Sequence record: SRR20825010_4291 | Reading direction: 5' to 3' (one strand) | Length of the DNA stretch: 64,000 bases | In this document: positions 25,993-35,718 of the stretch, in pieces | Numbering within the stretch: position 1 is the first letter of the stretch | Layout: the number at the start of each line of letters is the position of its first letter | Position numbers and translations under genes: made by a program | The notes under the pieces: model-generated | What the model was told of the DNA's origin: nothing | Database searches by the model: none | What the model saw: the letters and a program-made list of their open reading frames with translations, nothing else

Positions 25993-27159
25993 TTACTCAA
26001 AATCCTTATACAACAAATATTGTTTTCTTTTCGCCTTGTAAGCGTTCAAATCTTCTTGCCAAGTCGCTTTAATTTCTCCCTCGGTCATTCCGGCTTCAAT
26101 CTGCTTTCGCAGTTCGGCAGTTCCAGCCAAGAGGGTAAGGTAATCTTTGAAGAATTCGGTTTTGTCTTTTAAGGCTTCGTAATAAGCAATGAGGTATCGC
26201 AAGGTCAGTTCATGCGGTTGATCCACGACAGAAAAGCTTTGACCAAAGCATTCCTTTCCTTCCAGTGGTGGATATTTAGAGCCTTCATTGGGTTGCGGAG
26301 TGAAAGTATAAGAACCCAAACTAAAATCAGGGTGACCAATTACTTCGAAAGGGAAATCGGTTCCTCGGCCTACGCTTACTACCGTGCCCTCAAAAAAACC
26401 AAGGGAAGGATAAAGCGCAATAGCATTATCGGTGGGTAAATTGGGCGAAGGTTTTACAAGCAATAAATAAGTAGCATTATGATCCCAGCCTTTCATTTTT
26501 ATAACGGCCAAATCAGCTTTTACGCCATTTTCTAACCATCCTTCTCCATTAATCATTTGCGCCAGTTCGCCCACGGTAAGGCCATGAACAACCGGAATTG
26601 GATGCATGGCAATAAAACCATTAACGCTATCCTCTTTTACAGGGCCGTCAATGTACATACCGTTCGGATTGGGCCTATCGAACACAATGACCTGCTTATT
26701 ATTTTCAGCTGCGGCCTCCATAATATAATGCATGGTGCTGATGAAGGTATAAAAGCGCACCCCTACATCTTGAATATCGAAAATGAGTACGTCTACATCT
26801 TTCAACATTTCTGGTGTCGGTTTTTTATTGCTGCCGTAAATCGAAACGATTGGAATGCCTGTTTTTCCGTCTTTGGAATCGTTGACTTTTTCGCCATCTG
26901 GCGCTTCGCCTCTAAAGCCGTGCTCAGGTGCCATCACTTTTTTAATGTCAACGCCCAAGCTGTGCAACGTATCTACCAAATGCGTTTGGCCCACCATAGA
27001 AGTTTGATTGACCACCAAAGCCACTCGTTTACCTTCCAGCAATGGGAGGTATTCTTTCATTCTTTCGGCTCCTACTTGGAGGGTTTCCTTTTGCTCGGTT
27101 TGCGATTGACAGCCAAAACATGTCATTAAAATAAAAAGGGCAGATAGCAGTCTATTCAT
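25993..27159 (-). CDS. NamZ/DUF1343 exo-beta-N-acetylmuramidase family lipoprotein
   Basis: VNQTS, APEHGFRG, FDIQDVGVRFYTF, DRPNP, HGLTVGELA, PSPNLP, SVGRGT. Confidence 0.9.
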   Translation of the reverse strand: MNRLLSALFILMTCFGCQSQTEQKETLQVGAERMKEYLPLLEGKRVALVVNQTSMVGQTHLVDTLHSLGVDIKKVMAPEHGFRGEAPDGEKVNDSKDGKTGIPIVSIYGSNKKPTPEMLKDVDVLIFDIQDVGVRFYTFISTMHYIMEAAAENNKQVIVFDRPNPNGMYIDGPVKEDSVNGFIAMHPIPVVHGLTVGELAQMINGEGWLENGVKADLAVIKMKGWDHNATYLLLVKPSPNLPTDNAIALYPSLGFFEGTVVSVGRGTDFPFEVIGHPDFSLGSYTFTPQPNEGSKYPPLEGKECFGQSFSVVDQPHELTLRYLIAYYEALKDKTEFFKDYLTLLAGTAELRKQIEAGMTEGEIKATWQEDLNAYKAKRKQYLLYKDFE

Positions 27160-27210
27160 TCGGTTCGTTATCTTTGAAATTTAACGGTAGCATCAAAATT
27201 AACCATATTC

Positions 27211-28425
27211 TTGAACCTCCCTTATTTCATAGCAAAAAGAATCAGCGATCCGGGCGATAACAGCTTCTCGGCCGTAATCCATAAAATTGCCATTGCCAGC
27301 GTTGCGCTGGGTTTGGCTATTATGATGATTGCTTTTTTTGTGCTTGGTGGTTTTCAAGAGAATATCAAAGACAAGATTTTTAGCTTTTCTGGTCACATTC
27401 AAATCAAAAAATTCTCCCTTAATAATTCATATGAGGAAGAGCCGATAGTTGTAGAGCCCGATCGCTTGAAGGCAGTCGCGACAGACCCATATGTTGTTCA
27501 TGTGCAGGAATACGCCCATAAACCGGGCTTAATTTCCAAAGATGGTGAAGTGTACGGGGTACTTTTTAAGGGGGTAGCACCGAGCTTTAACGAAACATTG
27601 TTTGATAAGTACATGGTGGAAGGCGAATTCATCAGTTTTAACGATAGCACTTCCACCGATGTGATGATCAGCTCTAAAATGGCCAAAAACTTGGGTTTAA
27701 AAATTGGCGACAAGGTGATCAATTACTTTATTATGGATCCGCCCAAAACGCGTAGGGTAACCGTAAAAGGAATTTACAGCACTGGGCTCGATACTTTTGA
27801 CGACCAAATGATGATTGGGGATATCAATGTGGTTAGAAGTTTAAATGGCTGGAAGGATAATGAAGTAGGAGGCTACGAAGTATACCTTAAAAACATAGAT
27901 GATATTGCGGCTGCGGATGATGCCATCATTGGTAATTTAAGTGTAGAGCATTACACAGAAAGAGTAGATAATAAATTCGTGCAAATTTTTGACTGGCTTA
28001 ATCTGCTCAGTAAAAACGTGAGCATTTTCATTTGGCTCATTCTATTGGTCGCCTCATTTAATATGGTTTCGGTTTTGTTTATCCTCATTATGGAACGTAC
28101 TCAAATGATTGGCACTTTCAAGGCATTGGGAGCTTCAAATAGCCTAATCAGAAGAATATTTTCCTACAATGGCTTTAGACTAGTGCTCAAAGGTTTATTA
28201 GTGGGAAATGCGATAGCCATTGGTTTTGCTTTTCTTCAAGATTTCTTCCACATCATCCCTTTAGATGCTGCCAACTATTATATGGAGTATGTGCCAATTG
28301 ATTGGGATTGGTCGGTGACGATTGGACTCAATTTACTCACATTGATCTTGGTGTCCTTTGTGCTGATTATCCCTACGGCCATTATTGCCAGAATAAAACC
28401 AGTAACGGCCATTAGGTTTGATTGA
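27211..28425 (+). CDS. LolC/E-FtsX family ABC transporter permease
   Basis: N-terminal TM, periplasmic domain, ERTQMIGTFKALGA, C-terminal P..AIRFD. Confidence 0.9.
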   Translation: MNLPYFIAKRISDPGDNSFSAVIHKIAIASVALGLAIMMIAFFVLGGFQENIKDKIFSFSGHIQIKKFSLNNSYEEEPIVVEPDRLKAVATDPYVVHVQEYAHKPGLISKDGEVYGVLFKGVAPSFNETLFDKYMVEGEFISFNDSTSTDVMISSKMAKNLGLKIGDKVINYFIMDPPKTRRVTVKGIYSTGLDTFDDQMMIGDINVVRSLNGWKDNEVGGYEVYLKNIDDIAAADDAIIGNLSVEHYTERVDNKFVQIFDWLNLLSKNVSIFIWLILLVASFNMVSVLFILIMERTQMIGTFKALGASNSLIRRIFSYNGFRLVLKGLLVGNAIAIGFAFLQDFFHIIPLDAANYYMEYVPIDWDWSVTIGLNLLTLILVSFVLIIPTAIIARIKPVTAIRFD

Positions 28426-28443
28426 GTTGCGCCTCTAAGAAGC

Positions 28444-29226
28444 TTAGGCTTCCTTTTCTGCGTAATTGAACGACTGTTCCAAACCCGCTTCAGTTTCTCT
28501 TCTATAAGTTTTGAAAAAGCTCCCGATTTTGATTTGCATCACCCCAAAAACGGCTTCTTTAATAATCCCACTGGTCATTTTAGATTTGCCTTTCGTGCGG
28601 TCAGTGAAAATGATAGGTACTTCAGTAATGTTGAATCCGTACTTCCAAGCTAAAAATTTCATTTCAATTTGAAAGGCATAGCCCATAAAGCGGACTTTGT
28701 CTAAATCTATGGTTTCGAGTACCGAACGTCTGTAGCATTTAAAACCCGCAGTAGTATCTCTAAAAGGCATTCCCGTTACCATGCGCACGTAGTAGCTGGC
28801 AAAAAACGAAAGCATTACACGGCTCATGGGCCAGTTCACCACATTTACTCCCGTTACATAGCGCGATCCAATGGCCACATCGTTTCCATCGGTTTTACAA
28901 GCCTTATATAAGTTGTTTAAATCTTCGGGGGGATGTGAAAAATCGGCATCCATTTCAAAAATATATTCGTAGTGGCGGGCCAAAGCCCAACGAAAACCAT
29001 GAATATATGCGGTGCCCAAACCTAATTTCCCTGCTCGTTCTTCTAAATGCAAGCGCTCAGGATATTCCACCATTAAGCCTTTTACCATATCGGCCGTGCC
29101 ATCTGGAGAATTATCATCCACAATAAGCAACTCAAATCCAGAAGGTTGAGAAAGAACAGCGTGAATAATTTCCGCTATATTCTCCTTTTCATTGTAAGTT
29201 GGAATAATGACTAGGCTATCTTTCAT
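28444..29226 (-). CDS. Polyprenol monophosphomannose synthase (GT2, DPM1-like)
   Basis: IIPTYNE, VDDNSPDGT, GLGTAY, EMDADFSH, GYAFQIEMK. Confidence 0.92.
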   Translation of the reverse strand: MKDSLVIIPTYNEKENIAEIIHAVLSQPSGFELLIVDDNSPDGTADMVKGLMVEYPERLHLEERAGKLGLGTAYIHGFRWALARHYEYIFEMDADFSHPPEDLNNLYKACKTDGNDVAIGSRYVTGVNVVNWPMSRVMLSFFASYYVRMVTGMPFRDTTAGFKCYRRSVLETIDLDKVRFMGYAFQIEMKFLAWKYGFNITEVPIIFTDRTKGKSKMTSGIIKEAVFGVMQIKIGSFFKTYRRETEAGLEQSFNYAEKEA

Positions 29227-29374
29227 TACATGATTCTAAAAATCTTCTTTGAAAGAATGTTTCTTCCAAAAAGGTTAAATTCATTAGTTTTATCCGTCTG
29301 GGAGTTGAGGCCCGTAAGTTTAGAACGGGGAAGTTAATTAAATGTTAATCACAAAAGAAAAGCAAGTGAATAAA

Positions 29375-29890
29375 ATGAACAAATGTGTTTTCATGGACAG
29401 GGATGGTGTGTTGAATAAAGAGTTAGGTCGACACATTTTAAAAATTGAAGAATTTATAATTCCTGAAGATGTTCCGAATGGCTTGAAAAGGCTAAAAGAT
29501 GCTGGTTATAAATTAGTTGTAGTAACTAATCAAAGTGGAATTGCTAGAAAATATTATGACAACAAATTGGTTGACGACTGTCATGATTTGCTTCAAGATG
29601 CTTGCGGAAATTTAATAGATCAATTTTATTATGCGCCTTTGGTGGACAGCATGAGTAAATCTTTAATGCGCAAACCAGATTCGCTTATGTTGGAAAAAGG
29701 ATTGGCGAAATTCAACATTGACCCAGCTCAATCATGGATGGTGGGCGACAAAGAGCGTGATTTAATTCCAGCAAAGAAATTGGGCATCAGAAGAATTCAG
29801 CTAATGGCAATGGTTGAAGAAAGTGAGTTGGCCGAAGTGGTAGCACACACTTTCACGGAAGTTGTTGATGCCATTCTTGGTGAAAGCTAA
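29375..29890 (+). CDS. gmhB: HAD-IIIA phosphatase, GmhB-like
   Basis: DRDGV, VTNQSG, RKP, MVGDKERD; the start at ATG 29375 is more likely than 29342. Confidence 0.75.
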   Translation: MNKCVFMDRDGVLNKELGRHILKIEEFIIPEDVPNGLKRLKDAGYKLVVVTNQSGIARKYYDNKLVDDCHDLLQDACGNLIDQFYYAPLVDSMSKSLMRKPDSLMLEKGLAKFNIDPAQSWMVGDKERDLIPAKKLGIRRIQLMAMVEESELAEVVAHTFTEVVDAILGES

Positions 29891-29997
29891 AGTTTGCGGG
29901 TTTCATCCAGAGAAATTACGTGTTCACCGATATTTTTTGGTTGGGTTAGGTGCAAAAGCCACTTTTGGATCAATCAAAAACTCAAAATATCTAACAC

Positions 29998-30870
29998 ATG
30001 AAAAAGAAAACCAAAGTATTCGCCACACTCTTACTGCTGTGCTTCTTTTTAAGCTCATGCGTTTATTCGCTGTTTCCAATTTACACTGATGACACCTTGG
30101 TGTATTTGCCAGAAATTGTTGGTAAATGGCAGAACGGCAGCGATACAGAAGATTACATTCTAATTTCTGATGGACTTACGGTGGAAGGAACTGTTACCGT
30201 AACTGAGTCTGATAACAAAACTCCGAAAGAAAGTGGAGTTAAAATCAGCAAACCTACTTTTAAGGTAACCATTGACGAAGGTGATTATGCCATTATTGAA
30301 GGTGATACGATCAGAGATCAAGCAAAACTTCAAGCTTATTACGAAAAGCAATTCGACTCTCTTATTTCAAGTAAGGAAATGAAGGCTAACTTTAAGAAGT
30401 TAGGTGAAAACCTGAATGAATTTGGAGAACGATTAAATGGTTTAGGCAAACCAAATAAGCCAAAAAGCTACTCCATCGATGAAAAGTCATATTTGATGAC
30501 TGTGGTTGACGATGGCGAACCCATCAAATATGAATTGCATTTGGTAAAAATTGGAGACGATATTTTTATGGACTTGGCTGCAACTGACAGCGATTATAGT
30601 GATGCTGCATTTGAGTCGATGGTTTGGTTTCCTGTGCATACTTTTATGAAGATGGATTTGAAAGGAGACCAGCTTAATCTTACCCACTTTGATTTGGACA
30701 AGCTTAATAAGCTGTTCAAAAGCAACCTGATTCGTTTACGACACGAAAATGTAGACGGTACCATTTTGATCACTGCGCAGCCTAAAGATCTTCAGAAATT
30801 TTTGGATAAATACTCAGATGACGAAAGTGTTTTTGATGACACCGAAATCTATACTCGTGTAGCACAATGA
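29998..30870 (+). CDS. Hypothetical lipoprotein
   Basis: Lipobox LSSC; overlaps the start of the downstream kinase gene. Confidence 0.7.
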   Translation: MKKKTKVFATLLLLCFFLSSCVYSLFPIYTDDTLVYLPEIVGKWQNGSDTEDYILISDGLTVEGTVTVTESDNKTPKESGVKISKPTFKVTIDEGDYAIIEGDTIRDQAKLQAYYEKQFDSLISSKEMKANFKKLGENLNEFGERLNGLGKPNKPKSYSIDEKSYLMTVVDDGEPIKYELHLVKIGDDIFMDLAATDSDYSDAAFESMVWFPVHTFMKMDLKGDQLNLTHFDLDKLNKLFKSNLIRLRHENVDGTILITAQPKDLQKFLDKYSDDESVFDDTEIYTRVAQ

Positions 30871-31886
30871 AGTTCCTCAACAAACTCATACGCTTAAAAT
30901 GGTTACAGCATTCCGTGTTTTGGATGCTGTCCATTTATGCGATCGGGAGCTATTTCTCGATTGCTATTAAGATTTTCGCTTTCATTGATTATTTCTACGC
31001 CATCCTATTTCACATTCCATTGGTCTTCTTGGTCTATGTTAATTTGCGCCTGTTAATTCCAAAATTTCTCCAGAAGGGCAAATATCTACTTTATGCGCTT
31101 TTCGTAGCAATAGACATTGCTTTTGCTTACTTGGTTCACGAATTCACTTTTGAAATTCTTTTGCCTGTTCTGCCCACTGAATTTTACATGGTTTCCTTTA
31201 CAGAATGGCAGGTTTTGGTCAATATTTTCGTCATCTATTTGGTGCTAACGACCTTGCTCAAACTCTCCAAATCCTGGTACACTTTGCAGCAGGTGGAAAA
31301 AGAAAAGGTAGAATTAGAATTGAAGTCATTGAAAATGCAGATCAACCCTCATTTTCTCTTCAATAGTTTGAATAGCATATACGCCATGGCTTTGGTGAAA
31401 AGCGATAAAACTGCGGCTTCGGTTTTAGAACTCTCCAACCTTTTGCGCTACATGATCTATGAAGTGGGCGACAAACGTGTAAGCCTAGAAAAAGAAGTAG
31501 AAATTATTCAAGGCTATCTCGATTTACAACGCCTACGCTCCGATGCCAGTACCGAGGTGAGCTTCCAAATTGAAGGTGGCCTCAAAGGAAAAATGATTGC
31601 TCCACTTTTGTTTTTCCCGCTGATTGAAAATAGTTTTAAACATGGTGTGAAGGGAGTTTCCGATTCGGCTTTTGTGCATATGCATTTAAAGTGCAGCAAT
31701 AACCATATCGATTTTAGTATTGTGAACAACAAAGGCGAAATTGATGATATGGAAGCTGGGCAATATGGCGGAATCGGTCTACAAAATGTAGCATCTAGGT
31801 TGGCCTTAATTTACCCAGAAAAACACCAATTTAAAGTAGAAGATGAGCAAGATAAATTCACGGTCCGTTTAACAATTAAGTTATGA
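30867..31886 (+). CDS. LytS/YehU-type sensor histidine kinase
   Basis: Four TM segments; LKMQINPHFLFNSLNSIY, ENSFKHG, GIGL.NV. Confidence 0.92.
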   Translation: MKFLNKLIRLKWLQHSVFWMLSIYAIGSYFSIAIKIFAFIDYFYAILFHIPLVFLVYVNLRLLIPKFLQKGKYLLYALFVAIDIAFAYLVHEFTFEILLPVLPTEFYMVSFTEWQVLVNIFVIYLVLTTLLKLSKSWYTLQQVEKEKVELELKSLKMQINPHFLFNSLNSIYAMALVKSDKTAASVLELSNLLRYMIYEVGDKRVSLEKEVEIIQGYLDLQRLRSDASTEVSFQIEGGLKGKMIAPLLFFPLIENSFKHGVKGVSDSAFVHMHLKCSNNHIDFSIVNNKGEIDDMEAGQYGGIGLQNVASRLALIYPEKHQFKVEDEQDKFTVRLTIKL

Positions 31887-32563
31887 TTAAATGCCTGATA
31901 GTAGACGATGAGCCGCTTTCACGCGATGTGCTGACAACTTATTGCACGGATCATCCTGACTTGGAAATTACCGCTATCTGTAAAGATGCTTTTGAAGCCA
32001 TGAATGCACTCGGCAAGTCAAATGTTGATTTGATTTTCCTCGATGTCAACATGCCAAAATTATCAGGCATCAACTTTTACAAGTCGCTGAACCAAAAACC
32101 GATGGTGGTATTTACCACGGCTTATCCTGAGTTTGCGGTAGAAGGTTTTGAACTAGATGCTATCGATTATTTACTAAAACCCTTCTCTTTCGAGCGCTTT
32201 GTAAAAGCGGTGAATAAGGTGAAAGAGAAAAACATCAACCAAACTGACACGGACGAAAAATACATTCTACTCAAAGCCGACAGGAAAGTATACAAGGTTG
32301 ATTTCTCTGAAATTCTCTTTTTCGAAGCCCTTGGCGATTATGTAAAAGCGCATTTACAAGACAAGGTGTTGATTGTCACTACTACCTTAAAAAAGCTTAT
32401 GGAAGAATTACCCTCTTCTGCCTTTATGCGCACCCATAAGTCCTTCATCATTGCCAAAAGTAAAATTGAATACTTAGAAGGAAATCAAATTCAACTCCCG
32501 CATCACAAAGTCCCCATTGGCCAAGCCTACCGCGAAGAAGTATTGAAGAAGCTGGAGGGTTAA
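31883..32563 (+). CDS. LytTR family response regulator
   Basis: IVDDEP, FLDVNMP, FTTAY, DYLLKP, FMRTHKSFII. Confidence 0.93.
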   Translation: MIKCLIVDDEPLSRDVLTTYCTDHPDLEITAICKDAFEAMNALGKSNVDLIFLDVNMPKLSGINFYKSLNQKPMVVFTTAYPEFAVEGFELDAIDYLLKPFSFERFVKAVNKVKEKNINQTDTDEKYILLKADRKVYKVDFSEILFFEALGDYVKAHLQDKVLIVTTTLKKLMEELPSSAFMRTHKSFIIAKSKIEYLEGNQIQLPHHKVPIGQAYREEVLKKLEG

Positions 32564-32623
32564 TAACGAATCTGAGCAAATGTTTACTGTGTTATACGGA
32601 CAGAGTCCTAAAACCCATAATAA

Positions 32624-32688
32624 GTCACAGGTTCGGAGAACCTGCGATAGTAGCAAAGGCAGATAAATCGGAGAACCTGCGACAGTAG
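32624..32688. repeat. REP-like hairpin with an adjacent partial direct repeat
   Basis: TCACAGGTTC-GGA-GAACCTGCGA hairpin; TCGGAGAACCTGCGAYAGTAG at 32633-32653 and 32668-32688. Confidence 0.6.
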
Positions 32689-32693
32689 TTTCT

Positions 32694-33209
32694 TTATTCC
32701 AAACTTACCCTGTGTTTTATAGCTTGCTCATAAAAATGATGGATTCTGAACATCTGCTCGGCTCCTACTTTTTGGCCAGCTTGAGCCACTAAATACAAGC
32801 CTATTGCAATAGCGGCCAATATTGGGATGACCCATAAAATAGGAGCTTCCTTTTCAAGCATTACCTGAGAAAGCCCATATACCCCAGCAAATAAAGAAAG
32901 CACCCCAAGCGCAGCATAGGACATAAAAAACACAGCCCAAACACTTGGCTTCGGCCCATACAGACCTCTTACCTCTAAACTCCCCTCCGATGTTTCTTCC
33001 AAAGTAAGCGTTAATTCTGGCGACCAATAATGCCTTTCTTCAAGGCAAATTTTGATCACACAATATTGTTCGGAAACAAGCCCTATGAATTCTTGATTCT
33101 GATCCATGGCTTCTTTGATAGTACTAATGTATTCTTTGGCGGTTCCGGTTACAGTCTCCTTAAACCGTGGTCTGATATGAAGGCTTGACATGGCTAGAAA
33201 AATAAACAT
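32694..33209 (-). CDS. Hypothetical two-TM membrane protein
   Basis: IRPRF, HYWSPEL, GLYGP.PSVW; two hydrophobic helices. The start may be at 33191. Confidence 0.7.
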   Translation of the reverse strand: MFIFLAMSSLHIRPRFKETVTGTAKEYISTIKEAMDQNQEFIGLVSEQYCVIKICLEERHYWSPELTLTLEETSEGSLEVRGLYGPKPSVWAVFFMSYAALGVLSLFAGVYGLSQVMLEKEAPILWVIPILAAIAIGLYLVAQAGQKVGAEQMFRIHHFYEQAIKHRVSLE

Positions 33210-33248
33210 TCACCTGTCAAAAAATAATCATAGAAGCAAATGTATTCC

Positions 33249-35657
33249 TTACTTCAACACTTTAATATCAAACTTTAGGGCGCCCATTTGACCGTTATCA
33301 CCATAAGCATCTATATGGACATTAAAAATGGATCGAATATCAGATGTAAAAAACGTGACCTCAGCTTCGCCATTTTCATTGGTGAGGATACTAGGCCTCC
33401 AAATCAATGAATTTCGGAAATCGGTAAAAACTCTGTCTTCAGGCACTTTATCATAGTCGGGTTCGTAAACTTCTGGCACCTCATAATAACCATTAAAGTA
33501 ACGAGTAGAACTTGCTTCTTTAGGAGATCTATAAGTTTTGAATACTCCATTTATATAGAGCTTTTCACCATCCCTAGGCGCCCTCCCGCTTAAATGATTC
33601 GTACAGTTGAGGATATTGTACATACAGACATAATCAGTGTTCCTACCTTCAATTATATTTCGAGCATTACCATGGGCAACACCATATTCGTCTTGATGAG
33701 ATTCAACTACAAAATCGTCTAACCTTCTTACATCATTTTCTACTTGAGGAAGAACATTCCAATTTTTTGTTGACGCAAAAACTCTTGTTTGCTGATCAAA
33801 TTTGTCCCAACTCCAAGCAACGGTGGCATCAAAAGGAGTATGAAAATCTAAAAGCGCACCTTCAACTTCATCGGTTTTAAAAAACATCTTCCCGCCTTTC
33901 GACCAATACAGCATATTATCTGTTAACATCAACTCTCCGTTTATATCGGTACTTAAAATTGATGCCCCAAACATAGATACCACCTGTATCTCTTGTTGGT
34001 CTAAAGCCTTCAGCACCTTTTTAGAAACCGAGTTAGGGTTAATTCTCACCGACACTTTTAAGTCCTCTTCCGTTAAGTTTTTCGATTGAACTCTAGGCCA
34101 ACGGTACGAGCGCCAGCCTTGGGTAAGCATTAATAAATCCAAATGGTCATTATCTGCTTTTAGATCCCCAGAAAAATAGCTTTTCGGGTTATGGATTTGT
34201 CCTCTAATTTCATTCGACAAGAAGAAATAGGAAACGATATTATCCTCGTTAAATACAGATTTGTAAATCTCATCCACTACTGATAACCCAATTACCGTTT
34301 GAACAGGATCTCCCTGACCATCAGTTACTTTTAGTTTAAGATCAATCCTTTCCTTTGTGGTAAAATTGATCTTATTCAGTTCGTAGGCAATGTTCAGCTT
34401 TTTTTGATTGTTCACAAAAACCAACCGCTCTGCCAATTTTTGCCCCTTGCTATTCGATAAGCTGACTTTGATAATACCCTTAGGTAATGACACAGTCGGC
34501 ACCTTCAAAGGCACTCCGTCTCCAGACATGATAATCATTGACTCATAAAACAACTGCCCTCGCTGCTCCATGGAGAATGTCAGAGAATCTCCTTCAAAAC
34601 CTTCGCTCTTTTTAATAGCAAAAAGAAGGTCGTCTTCTGTTTGTTTGGACACATTCAGCACAAACCCTGTATCAAATACTTTAGGGAAGCTAAAAACCGA
34701 GTCGATTTTAGGAGAGATGATGGAGACCGAGTATTCCTTAGAAGGGAGTGGTAAAAAGTAAAAGCTACCCATTCCGTTGTGGCGCGATTTAAAAGAGGTA
34801 ACCACCGATCCTTTTTCATCCATAACGATGGCAGAATCAATTTCTATTGGCAATCCGTTTTTATGAACCGCCTTAAAGGCTATTTGCGTAGAAATTCCTT
34901 GAACAAGACTTCCTCCTTCTGGCATTAGATTGAATTGGATCCGTTGTGTATTTGAAGGTAGTGCAACAGGAAGTTCAAATTGTTCCTCGCCCAAATTAGA
35001 ATCCACATCAATCTTCAATATTAGATTCTCGAATGTTTTTAATTTATTGAAACTGGGTATAGCAATCCCTAGACTATCGGTAATGGTTTTGACTCGCGCT
35101 ACGCGTTTGTTTTCACTCCATATTTCAGCATTAACCTTCGCTGCCTTCACCAACTCACCAGACCTTCTCACCACTTTAATATTTGGTGATAATGTGTTTA
35201 AGCCAGACGCTAATGTTTGATCAAAATTGACATCCACCAATATCGAAGGGGTGATTCTTGATTTAAGTAAAATGCTTTTGGTCTTTTTCACCTCATCGGA
35301 AAAGGAGTTTCTAGTAAAGGCAAAAAGGCTATACTCCCCTTGTTTCAGCGTGTCGGCAAGAAAAAGATGACCTTCTGAAAAGCCATTACTGATTTCGAAA
35401 ATCTCTTTAAAAACAACTTGATTTTCAGCCTTGCTCCTTAGTTCTACAAATAGGGAAGAATCAAGGCTAGAAGGAAGTAGGCTTTGAGAGTTTAAAACAG
35501 TAGCGCTAAACCACAAATCTTCGCCCAATTCGAAAACTGATTTATTGAGTTGAAGATAAATGGACTGTTCATTCGAAGGGGTTTGCGCAGCCAAATCACC
35601 CTTGAGGGATACTTGAAGCCCAACAATAAAAAATAAAAGGCTGATGAGCTTTTTCAA
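33249..35657 (-). CDS. Large secreted MG2/macroglobulin-like domain protein
   Basis: IYLQLNK....GEDLWF, PEGGSLV, LDLLMLTQGWR, DFRNSLIWRP, FFTSD. The true start is probably TTG 35657 (signal peptide LKKLISLLFF); the track start overlaps icmF. Confidence 0.7.
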   Translation of the reverse strand: MKKLISLLFFIVGLQVSLKGDLAAQTPSNEQSIYLQLNKSVFELGEDLWFSATVLNSQSLLPSSLDSSLFVELRSKAENQVVFKEIFEISNGFSEGHLFLADTLKQGEYSLFAFTRNSFSDEVKKTKSILLKSRITPSILVDVNFDQTLASGLNTLSPNIKVVRRSGELVKAAKVNAEIWSENKRVARVKTITDSLGIAIPSFNKLKTFENLILKIDVDSNLGEEQFELPVALPSNTQRIQFNLMPEGGSLVQGISTQIAFKAVHKNGLPIEIDSAIVMDEKGSVVTSFKSRHNGMGSFYFLPLPSKEYSVSIISPKIDSVFSFPKVFDTGFVLNVSKQTEDDLLFAIKKSEGFEGDSLTFSMEQRGQLFYESMIIMSGDGVPLKVPTVSLPKGIIKVSLSNSKGQKLAERLVFVNNQKKLNIAYELNKINFTTKERIDLKLKVTDGQGDPVQTVIGLSVVDEIYKSVFNEDNIVSYFFLSNEIRGQIHNPKSYFSGDLKADNDHLDLLMLTQGWRSYRWPRVQSKNLTEEDLKVSVRINPNSVSKKVLKALDQQEIQVVSMFGASILSTDINGELMLTDNMLYWSKGGKMFFKTDEVEGALLDFHTPFDATVAWSWDKFDQQTRVFASTKNWNVLPQVENDVRRLDDFVVESHQDEYGVAHGNARNIIEGRNTDYVCMYNILNCTNHLSGRAPRDGEKLYINGVFKTYRSPKEASSTRYFNGYYEVPEVYEPDYDKVPEDRVFTDFRNSLIWRPSILTNENGEAEVTFFTSDIRSIFNVHIDAYGDNGQMGALKFDIKVLK

Positions 35658-35681
35658 TATTGACGTTTTAAGTAGAAGCGA

Positions 35682-35714
35682 ATACCAGTCAGGTTTCAAA
35701 AACCTGACTGGTAT
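35682..35714. terminator. Perfect 15-bp hairpin just after the icmF stop (terminator or REP-like)
   Basis: ATACCAGTCAGGTTT-CAA-AAACCTGACTGGTAT. Confidence 0.7.
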
Positions 35715-35718
35715 GAAA

